DNA of 62,036 bases, the filler included, from Candidatus Hydrogenedentota bacterium (lineage in GTDB: Bacteria; JBFMHD01): NCBI GenBank assembly GCA_040752395.1. It is 8 parts of 8 records of this genome, joined end to end, with 100 filler letters (N's around TTAATTAATTAA, not from the genome) between each part and the next. Parts side by side here need not be neighbours in the genome. Positions count along the whole stretch, not along the records: positions 15,964 to 23,807 come from JBFMHD010000132.1; positions 23,908 to 31,700 come from JBFMHD010000133.1; 6 more parts are not named here. One strand, 5' to 3'. The notes below the pieces were generated by a model. The model did not search any database. It saw only the letters and a list, made by a program, of their open reading frames with translations, and was not told the DNA's origin. The translations under genes and the position numbers were made by a program. Shown piece by piece: positions 19,304 through 26,869 of the stretch; positions within the stretch are counted from its first letter, which is position 1; every line of letters starts with the position of its first letter.

Positions 19304-20407
19304 TTATGGAAACATTTTGTCATAAATATTTTCTATTATTGTATCATAAATACTAAAACTACTTAATTTCAGATTTATATATCCTGGGTTTATATTGAAA
19401 TATTTGATATTTTCAGCAATTATATCTTTCAAATAATTTACTATATCTATATCAAATATAGATTTAAATCTATCTCTATTTATCCCATAAGTCGTTCTCA
19501 GACCTAAAAGAATGTATTCAAAGATAAGGTCTTTTTTTGTTAAATCGATACTCTGATTTATAGCTATACCATTTTTTTTAATATAAATATCTACATTAGA
19601 TACATTATCCCAGCGTTTGTATTTTATTCTGGAATGAGCAGAGGCGCCAAGCCCAAGATAATCTTCACCGTTCCATATCCCGAGATTATGCTTGCATTCA
19701 AATCCATCAATACAGAAATTGCTGATTTCATAAATCTTAAAGCCTGCGGCTGATAGTATTTTAATCTTTTCATCCCACATCTTTATAGCCATCCCTTCGT
19801 CAAGCTCCCAGTCTTGATACCAGTCTCTGTATCGGCTCTTTGAAAATTCGTAAACTGAAAGATGTTCAGGCTGTAAATCAATTACTTTATTTAAACTCTT
19901 GATAAAACTCTCAATACTCTGTCCCGGGAACCCATAAATCAAATCAACATTTATATTATTAAACCCAAGTTTTTTTGCTAATTCATAAGATTTTTTAAAA
20001 TCAAAAAAGGTGTGTGTTCTTCCTAAAAATTTGAGTTCATTATCCTCTGTAGTTTGCAGTCCAAAACTAAATCTATTTACTTTATTCTCTTTTAATATTT
20101 TTATTTTATCTAAAGAAACAGAATCCGGGTTTAATTCGATGCTTATTTCTTCTGCATTTGCAGTCGGAAGAATTTTTAATATTTTATCTAATTGAGAGGT
20201 ATTAAGCAAACCCGGATTACCACCGCCAATATAGACAGTCTGAAACACCGTTTCGCCAGGCACGTAAGGGTGCTTGCGAAATTCATTAAAGAGGGAATCA
20301 AGATATATATTAATTCTATTATCGTTTTCAAAAACAGGTATCGAATAAAAATCACAGTAATTACATTTCTTTTTACAGAACGGGATATGGATGTATAAAT
20401 GCATCAT
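19304..20407 (-). CDS. hemW: Radical SAM heme chaperone HemW (HemN-like)
   Basis: LYIHIPFCKKKCNYCDF, YIGGG, ELNP, DLIYGFPGQ, YEISNF, HN..W...YLGLGASAHS. Confidence 0.9.
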   Translation of the reverse strand: MMHLYIHIPFCKKKCNYCDFYSIPVFENDNRINIYLDSLFNEFRKHPYVPGETVFQTVYIGGGNPGLLNTSQLDKILKILPTANAEEISIELNPDSVSLDKIKILKENKVNRFSFGLQTTEDNELKFLGRTHTFFDFKKSYELAKKLGFNNINVDLIYGFPGQSIESFIKSLNKVIDLQPEHLSVYEFSKSRYRDWYQDWELDEGMAIKMWDEKIKILSAAGFKIYEISNFCIDGFECKHNLGIWNGEDYLGLGASAHSRIKYKRWDNVSNVDIYIKKNGIAINQSIDLTKKDLIFEYILLGLRTTYGINRDRFKSIFDIDIVNYLKDIIAENIKYFNINPGYINLKLSSFSIYDTIIENIYDKMFP

Positions 20408-20984
20408 TCTCTACTTGTTTCAGATTAAAAATTAGATTTCTATAAAGTATCAGTCTATGTTTCCAGGATAGTGAGCCAAAATACTTTACAGATTTTACAT
20501 ATTTTAATGGAACGATATCTTTTATTAGTATCTCTGACATAAGATTTTTTAGTTTTGCTGTATCATCATCAATAAACAAATCGCATAATGACTCTAAATT
20601 ATCTCTGCCCTTTACATTCTCTAACTCCACACCATCGTAAGCTGTGTTTTTTAGTGAAAATAATGTATCACTCAAAGCAGCAACCCAGATATCAATCTCA
20701 AAAATGAATATATCTCCCCTGTTCTCTTTTTTAATCATACCTCTTGGCAAATTAATTGAGAGACAGATATAGGAAGCAAATTCTTCCTGTTTCCCTTTTC
20801 TACCCCAGCCATGTAATTTTGTAGGCTGTATATTTAATTCCCTCATTTTATTTCTTGATAATAGACCGCGGGCTTTAATAATGCTCTTTAGATTTTCTTT
20901 TAATGTAAAATGATAAAAACAATTAATCTGACGTCTCTGTAATTCTTCAATAATATTTTTATAATCAGGTTTATATTCAAGCAT
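20373..20984 (-). CDS. DarT-like (DUF4433) ssDNA ADP-ribosyltransferase family protein
   Basis: YHFT...NL.SI...GLLSR, YICLSI..P..M, F...N.A and (S)EILI...VP..Y motifs. Probable start ATG 20984; overlaps hemW by 35 nt. Confidence 0.72.
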   Translation of the reverse strand: MLEYKPDYKNIIEELQRRQINCFYHFTLKENLKSIIKARGLLSRNKMRELNIQPTKLHGWGRKGKQEEFASYICLSINLPRGMIKKENRGDIFIFEIDIWVAALSDTLFSLKNTAYDGVELENVKGRDNLESLCDLFIDDDTAKLKNLMSEILIKDIVPLKYVKSVKYFGSLSWKHRLILYRNLIFNLKQVENDAFIHPYPVL

Positions 20985-21009
20985 AACAATCTCTTTGTCA
21001 ACTATGTTG

Positions 21010-21090
21010 AGGCACAAAGGCACAGATGGTGGGTAATTTGCTCTCGCAATATGGCATAGCAGTTACCAGATGGCATAACGGTTTAATGGT
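21010..21090. repeat. GGCACAAA octamers plus a ~60-bp dispersed repeat (ATGGCATAGCAGTTACC..GATGGCA)
   Basis: Second copy at about 39270-39330, upstream of gcvT. Confidence 0.75.
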
Positions 21091-21096
21091 ACTATC

Positions 21097-23385
21097 TCAT
21101 TCAAATTTTACTGGTTCGGCTAAATCTTTAAAAAATAAGATAGTTTGCTGTTTGATACCTTCTTCCTCATAAAAACTTGCAGTAGCTAAAGCAGAAACCG
21201 CAGATACAAGTGTCAAGCAGGGTTTAAATCGTCTTTCATAAAAGTTTTCCTCACCCTTTGAAAACAACGCTTTATAACCCGCAGCAATATTCTCAACTTG
21301 AGCTAATAAAGTTCCGATATCAATTACAGCTATCGCCGATGATTTCTCAAAATCATTTAATTTTATAACATACTGGTTTTTTAAGATAGATTCACCGTTA
21401 GCAAAGGTTTCTAAACAGGACTTTAATGAATCCTTTGAGATACTAAAAAGTAAGAAACCATTATTTTCTGTAAAACAAGGTGTTATAGCATCTCCGAGCT
21501 GTGTTTTCATAATAGTTACTTTTGAACCATTAATCTTTTCTTCAGCTACTTTTATCTGGTTTTTAGCTAATTTACTTAAATTTTTAAAAAGCTCTTTCAA
21601 TGTCTGTGTCGGGTTCTCTCCCTCATTAATTTTTGAAGCTATTATTATGTTAACTAAAGGGATGACTCCTTCTTGAGTTATTTTAGAGATAGCAAAACTA
21701 CAGTCTGATGTTAATATCTTTTTTAATACTTTATCAATATCTATACCAAAATTCTGTTTACACTTTTCGATTTGAGCCTTAAAAAATTCGACCTGCATCG
21801 GATTTGAACTGAATAATGTGACAACATATTCTTTCCAGGCCTCATAATTCCATGAGTTTGTTGTGAAACAGAGGATAGAATTTTGTGGTAAATATTTGGC
21901 GGTATTAAGTTCCTTGCTTTCGCCTTTTTTATAAAGATTTCTAATATATTCTGGTGCATCTTTTGAGAGCTGTGAGTAGGCATCTAAAATCAATTCTTCA
22001 TCAATTGTAGCTGCGATTATAGAAAAATCAAAGGCTTTATAAACCTCAATAGCAGTTTTAAATTGTTTTACTAAATCCTCTGTTAAAGACTCTTCAAAAA
22101 ATTCACCTAATTTATTTAAGCCAATATATAGGGTTGAAACAACTTTTTCATCCGCATTAATCTTCTTTAAGGACTCGGTATATTTTTTCTCAAGTAATGT
22201 AACAGACCCTTCAGCTCTTTTGAGAAAAGCATTGGTAAAATTATCTCTGTCACTTGTTAAAAACAGATTCTGCGATTTCAGACATATATATAAATCACCT
22301 TTTCCTAACATTTGCTCAGGCTTATCTGTTAAAACAAATTGTGGAGCCCCTTTTGTAGAATCTAAATAAGCTATTTCTTTATTGTTATACTCAACTGATA
22401 TTTTATAGGTGCCGTCTTCTTTAACAGAGTATTTATAATCTTTGCCCCAGGGGTCAATCAGCAGTATTTCAAGATAATTTTCCTCAATAAGAATGTTAAG
22501 TCCCTCTTCTTCCGATGGATAGACTCCATTGTTATTATAATATGCTTTAATCGCGGTATTAATTGTATTTAAATCCATAGTAATCTTCATCTGGTTCTGC
22601 ATTGATAATGGCCCTAAAACCTCAGATAATTTCTGCATATCAATTACTGGTATATCTTTATAAATATAAACCTTCAATCCCCCAATCTTCTCTATCTTAA
22701 GCTCTTTTTTCTTTAATAATTCTTTATATCTCTTCATATCAGTATCCTTGACCTTGCCACAGTACAGCAACTCAAGCCGTGCTTTATTTGGATAAAACCC
22801 TAATGAAAATTCACCAGTAGTAGTTTCTAAAAACATATTAAAAAGATCACTGTCTTTAGACTGTGTTGTTTCTGATTTTGATTTAATTAAAGGGTCTATA
22901 CTTTTATAAAAATTACTTTTTTTAAAATTATTTACATAGGGCAAAATATTTTTACCTGAAATGTATATAAGAGTAGAATCAGGATAGAGTTTAATATATT
23001 TATAATCTTTAGATTTTTCAAATATAGCAGATATATCATCCCGGAAATAAAACGTAGCATAAGAAACACCTGCGATCAATAATAATGCGATGACTCCAAT
23101 AGTAGTCTTTACGCTAATGAATCTCTTTTCCTTTATTTCTTTTACTTCTTTTTTTTCTTCGGTGATTTGTGGCTGTGGAACCGCTGGCTGTTCTGTCTTA
23201 GTCTCTTGTGCAAATGCATCACCAAATTCTGGCAGTTCATTTATTAAAACCCACTCAGCTAATCCCTCTTTCCATATATAATCTTCTTTTCTTAAAGACC
23301 CGTTTTTAATCAATCCTTTTATAACATCAATAGTATAAGGTCCTTCTTGTTTTCCGTCAGAATATAAAAAATATTCATCAGCCAT
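21097..23385 (-). CDS. GYF_2 (DUF4339) domain membrane protein with DUF3352-like body and embedded GspG-like domain
   Basis: N-terminal 'DGKQEGPYT...L...G.L...DYIWKEGLAEW...ELPEF' (GYF_2), TM helix, internal 'DL..I.TAI..Y....G.YP..EEGL..L......DPWGKDY.Y'. True start is ATG 23385. Confidence 0.7.
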   Translation of the reverse strand: MADEYFLYSDGKQEGPYTIDVIKGLIKNGSLRKEDYIWKEGLAEWVLINELPEFGDAFAQETKTEQPAVPQPQITEEKKEVKEIKEKRFISVKTTIGVIALLLIAGVSYATFYFRDDISAIFEKSKDYKYIKLYPDSTLIYISGKNILPYVNNFKKSNFYKSIDPLIKSKSETTQSKDSDLFNMFLETTTGEFSLGFYPNKARLELLYCGKVKDTDMKRYKELLKKKELKIEKIGGLKVYIYKDIPVIDMQKLSEVLGPLSMQNQMKITMDLNTINTAIKAYYNNNGVYPSEEEGLNILIEENYLEILLIDPWGKDYKYSVKEDGTYKISVEYNNKEIAYLDSTKGAPQFVLTDKPEQMLGKGDLYICLKSQNLFLTSDRDNFTNAFLKRAEGSVTLLEKKYTESLKKINADEKVVSTLYIGLNKLGEFFEESLTEDLVKQFKTAIEVYKAFDFSIIAATIDEELILDAYSQLSKDAPEYIRNLYKKGESKELNTAKYLPQNSILCFTTNSWNYEAWKEYVVTLFSSNPMQVEFFKAQIEKCKQNFGIDIDKVLKKILTSDCSFAISKITQEGVIPLVNIIIASKINEGENPTQTLKELFKNLSKLAKNQIKVAEEKINGSKVTIMKTQLGDAITPCFTENNGFLLFSISKDSLKSCLETFANGESILKNQYVIKLNDFEKSSAIAVIDIGTLLAQVENIAAGYKALFSKGEENFYERRFKPCLTLVSAVSALATASFYEEEGIKQQTILFFKDLAEPVKFE

Positions 23386-23392
23386 TATAAAT

Positions 23393-23680
23393 CCTCCTCT
23401 GAAAAACGCTGTAACTATAATAATATCAAGTAGAAACAAGAAGCAAGAAGCAAGAGGCAAGATAACGGAAAGAAAGATAACGAAAGAAGCAAGAAGCAAG
23501 AGGCAAGATAACGGAAAAAGTAAGAAGTAAGAAGTATCAGGACAGGCTACGGGCTACGGACTACAGCCGGCTGGAGCCAAAAGCCCAGAGCCTGAAGCCA
23601 ACATATCATCTTTAGTTTTTCATGCTTTGTGCCTTAGTGCCTTTGTGCCTTTGTGCCTTTCCTTTGAATCTTTCAATTTC
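23393..23680 (-). repeat. Complete mosaic repeat: leader module, AGAAGCA, AGAAGTA, CAGCCGGCTG hairpin, GTTTTTCA linker, TTTGTGCC, TCTTTGAA
   Basis: Modules shared with at least 8 other loci; spans exactly from the upstream stop codon to the downstream SD. Confidence 0.92.
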
Positions 23681-23681
23681 C

Positions 23682-23807
23682 TTACTCAATGACTTCTATT
23701 TTATAGTCACAAACAGCGCCAGCCATTTTTAACAAATCTTTAGCCTCTGCCGAAACAATCCTCAGATGTAAAGCATCAGCCGGAAATTGCGAAAGGGCTG
23801 CATCTAC
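23682..23807 (-). CDS. C-terminal end of an unknown gene (truncated by contig end)
   Basis: Open frame VDAALSQFPADALHLRIVSAEAKDLLKMAGAVCDYKIEVIE*, with TAA followed by GGA. Confidence 0.5.
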   Translation of the reverse strand, partial: VDAALSQFPADALHLRIVSAEAKDLLKMAGAVCDYKIEVIE

Positions 23808-23907
23808 NNNNNNNNNNNNNNNNNNNNNNNNNNNNNNNNNNNNNNNNNNNNTTAATTAATTAANNNNNNNNNNNNNNNNNNNNNNNNNNNNNNNNNNNNN
23901 NNNNNNN
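23808..23907. other. Artificial contig linker
   Basis: N-TTAATTAATTAA-N. Confidence 0.99.
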
Positions 23908-24172
23908 TTAGAAGCAAGATAACGGAAGAAGTGAGAGGTATCAGGACAGGCTACAGGCTACGGACTACAGCCGGCTGGAGCCAAAAGCCCAGAGCCTGCT
24001 GAAAAGTCTTGAGTCTCGAGTCTTGAGTCTTGAGTCCTGTTTTGACTCACGACTTGCGACTTGTGACTCTTTTCATACTTTGTGCCTCTGTGCCTTTGTG
24101 CCTCTGTGCCTTTCTCTGTGCCTCTGTGCCTCTCTCGTTATCTTTCTTTCCGTTATCTTGCCTCTATGCCTC
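23908..24172. repeat. Mosaic repeat with CAGCCGGCTG hairpin, TGAAAAG..CTTTTCA (TCTTGAG/GACTCAC) hairpin, (TCTGTGCC)n and inverted AGATAACG module
   Basis: Directly readable; the AGATAACGGAA module appears forward at left and inverted at right. Confidence 0.9.
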
Positions 24173-24176
24173 AAAT

Positions 24177-24725
24177 TTAATTTTTTTTAATTATATACGG
24201 ATACAAAGAGAGATAAGTTAAAAACAAGGTGAACCCGAAAAAAATATTCATCGCTAATTTAATATAAAATAAGACGTCATTGCTATTTATTATCTCATTT
24301 ATAATAAGCAACAGAAATGAAACGCATATCCCGGCCATCTGAAACCCGGCCTTAAGCTTACCAAGTCTCTCTGCAGGTACAATCTTTCCTCTCTTTAATA
24401 AAAAAAATCGATATATAGTAATACCAAACTCTCTGACAAGTATTAATATAGTAATCATATAAAACAAAAATCCTTTCAGGCTGAAATAAATAAGACCGCA
24501 GGCTACGATTATTTTGTCAGCAAGCGGGTCCATAGTTTTACCAAATTCTGTAACTGTTTTATACTTTCTCGCTATCATTCCATCAAAATAATCTGTTATC
24601 ATCGCTGCTGTAAAGATAGAAAGCGCGATAAAATATTTAATAGTATTTGCATGATAAAGTATTATAACGAGAAACATTGCGAGTAGAAATCGTAAAAGAG
24701 TAAGCAAATTCGGGATGTGCTTCAT
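24177..24725 (-). CDS. pgsA: CDP-diacylglycerol--glycerol-3-phosphate 3-phosphatidyltransferase
   Basis: IPNLLTLLR, TDYFDGMIARK...T.FGK.MDPLADK, RE, GKLK motifs. Confidence 0.93.
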   Translation of the reverse strand: MKHIPNLLTLLRFLLAMFLVIILYHANTIKYFIALSIFTAAMITDYFDGMIARKYKTVTEFGKTMDPLADKIIVACGLIYFSLKGFLFYMITILILVREFGITIYRFFLLKRGKIVPAERLGKLKAGFQMAGICVSFLLLIINEIINSNDVLFYIKLAMNIFFGFTLFLTYLSLYPYIIKKN

Positions 24726-24726
24726 A

Positions 24727-25275
24727 TTAAATATTTTTCTGAATGAGCGTGAGAAATTCTGCTCGTGTACGTCTATCGCTCCTTATCACGCCAAGCAGAG
24801 CACTTGTTACCGCATAAGCATTCTTCTTTTCCACCCCTCGCATAGCCATACATAAATGATACGCTTCCATAACGACACCGACACCCATTGGTTTTAAATA
24901 TTTCTGTATCGTATCAGCTATCTCACGCGTCAGTCTCTCCTGTACCTGTAACCGTCTTGCAAATACATCAACTATTCTTGGCAGTTTCGATAACCCTATA
25001 ATCTTTCCATCAGGTATATATCCTATGTGACATTTCCCATAGAAAGGTAATAAATGGTGTTCACAGAGAGAATAAAACTCTATATTTCTTACGAGTACCA
25101 TCTCACTGTAATCTTCATCAAAAATACTATCCTTTATTATCTCTTCAATGGATTCTTTATATCCTTTTGTTAAAAATTTTAACGAATCCTCAAACCTTTT
25201 AGGTGTCTTCTTTAACCCTGTTCTGTTTGGGTCTTCGCCGATTTTTAATAATAACTCATGGATAAGTCTGTTCAC
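24727..25275 (-). CDS. folE: GTP cyclohydrolase I
   Basis: [47 protein letters not shown]. Confidence 0.97.
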   Translation of the reverse strand: MNRLIHELLLKIGEDPNRTGLKKTPKRFEDSLKFLTKGYKESIEEIIKDSIFDEDYSEMVLVRNIEFYSLCEHHLLPFYGKCHIGYIPDGKIIGLSKLPRIVDVFARRLQVQERLTREIADTIQKYLKPMGVGVVMEAYHLCMAMRGVEKKNAYAVTSALLGVIRSDRRTRAEFLTLIQKNI

Positions 25276-25295
25276 AAATGATATCCCTCATTAAT

Positions 25296-25330
25296 AGAAG
25301 CAAGAAGCAAGAGGCAAGATAAAGAAAAGT
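25296..25330. repeat. Short AGAAGCA/AGAGGCA array
   Basis: tagaagcaagaagcaagaggcaagataaagaaaag between rimI and folE. Confidence 0.75.
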
Positions 25331-25361
25331 AATACTACTAACACTGATAATTTCAGGTAAT

Positions 25362-25829
25362 CTATATCTTGTCAACTTTTATATCTTTATAAAATAAAAT
25401 AGCATCGCTACCATCGTCAGCATAATACTTTTTTCTGCGACCACATTCGATAAAACCAAGTTTTTTGTAAAGATTTATTGCAGATATATTGTTCTCTCTA
25501 ACCTCAAGCATCGCACACTCGATCCTCTTCTCCATCCCCTTCTTTAATATCCAGCTCAGTAATTGAGTGCCAAACCCCCTCTCTCTTAAATCCTTCCTTA
25601 CCGCTATATTGTTTATATGAAGTTCATTCATTATGGTCCATGCCATAACATACCCTATAACAGCATTGTTTAATAAACCCACCCCATTTATTGATAAAGA
25701 ATTACTCTTTATCTCAAATAAAAAATGGTTTCTATTCCATGGACTCTTAAATGAATCTTTCTCTATTAAAAGAATAGCATCAATGTCCTCATCCGTCATC
25801 TCTCTTATCTTGAATTCTTCAATCAACAT
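25362..25829 (-). CDS. rimI: Ribosomal-protein-alanine N-acetyltransferase
   Basis: IE..SF.SPW, ELHINNIAV, LEVRENN..A..LY.KLGF...GRRK.YY; follows tsaB. Confidence 0.92.
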   Translation of the reverse strand: MLIEEFKIREMTDEDIDAILLIEKDSFKSPWNRNHFLFEIKSNSLSINGVGLLNNAVIGYVMAWTIMNELHINNIAVRKDLRERGFGTQLLSWILKKGMEKRIECAMLEVRENNISAINLYKKLGFIECGRRKKYYADDGSDAILFYKDIKVDKI

Positions 25830-26427
25830 AACTCTTCTTTAAATATAAAGGTTTGATAAAAGACTTGAGACCATTCTTGTCTGCTCTACTACATAGCAGA
25901 CAACATATCCGTGCCTCTGGATAACATTCTATATATTGAAATCTCTTTTTAATTACAGAATCATCCCATAAAATGCCTGTTAGCGGTCTGTCTTCTTTTA
26001 AATTAGTTATCACGCTGTCTTCTTTCATTATTTTTATCTCATTCTTATACATAATATAAAATTCATTTTTACCAGCCTGTATAATAGGGACAACTCTTTC
26101 TTTAAGTTCTTCGAAACTATTTAAGATGAGTTCTAATGAAGTATATCCTGCTACCTTTAGTCCCAAACCTCTAACCAAACCTAAAGCAGTAGCTACACCT
26201 ATTCTTATGCCTGTAAATGAACCTGGCCCTATATCAACAGCAATATATTTAATCTCTTTTTTTGTTAGCCCTGCCTGATTTATAGAGTGATCTATCATTG
26301 GTAGCAGACGGCTGGAAAATTCTCTGTTAAAATAAGTCTCTGATTCAAACAGAAGTCTGCTGTCACAAGAGATAGCAACGCTCCCTTTACCACAACTTGT
26401 ACTTATACCAAGTATATACTCACTCAA
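25819..26427 (-). CDS. tsaB: tRNA threonylcarbamoyladenosine biosynthesis protein TsaB
   Basis: ILGI.TS, GPGSFTGIRIG, C-terminal P.YL; tsaE-tsaB-rimI order. Confidence 0.92.
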   Translation of the reverse strand: MSEYILGISTSCGKGSVAISCDSRLLFESETYFNREFSSRLLPMIDHSINQAGLTKKEIKYIAVDIGPGSFTGIRIGVATALGLVRGLGLKVAGYTSLELILNSFEELKERVVPIIQAGKNEFYIMYKNEIKIMKEDSVITNLKEDRPLTGILWDDSVIKKRFQYIECYPEARICCLLCSRADKNGLKSFIKPLYLKKSYVD

Positions 26428-26869
26428 GCTTTATCCTCCTCCCATCACCTCCAAGATGCTCGAAACTAATTGTTCTGAATTTATAAGATTCAATAATCTC
26501 TTTATCCAATTTATCGCCATATTCTATTAATGTTATGTAATCTTTTAAAAAAAATTCGTCTATTCCAAGACCACTTAAATCCTTTTTTTCTATCCTGTAC
26601 AAATCTATATGTGCGACAACGATTTCGTGGTTCGTAGTTCGTGACTCTGATTTATACAGATTGATTATTGTAAATGAGGGGCTGGTTATATTCACAGTAA
26701 TTCCTAAGCCTTTCACCACCCCTTTTACAAAAGTGGTCTTTCCACTACCAAGCTCTCCTTTCAATATAATATTATCTCCAATTCTTATCTCCTTACTGAA
26801 TTCTACACCAAACTCTTCTGTCTCTTCGCTACTATCAGTCTCTCTCACAACCACTTCAAAAGTGCTCAT
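26420..26869 (-). CDS. tsaE: tRNA threonylcarbamoyladenosine biosynthesis ATPase TsaE
   Basis: GELGSGKTTFVKG, TSPSF, HIDLYR motifs. Confidence 0.93.
   Translation of the reverse strand: MSTFEVVVRETDSSEETEEFGVEFSKEIRIGDNIILKGELGSGKTTFVKGVVKGLGITVNITSPSFTIINLYKSESRTTNHEIVVAHIDLYRIEKKDLSGLGIDEFFLKDYITLIEYGDKLDKEIIESYKFRTISFEHLGGDGRRIKLE

Noticed and set aside
23393-24172. Possible CRISPR array
   Set aside because: Units are 7-8 bp in tandem with no unique spacers, and there are no cas genes. The two tracts are also on different contigs.
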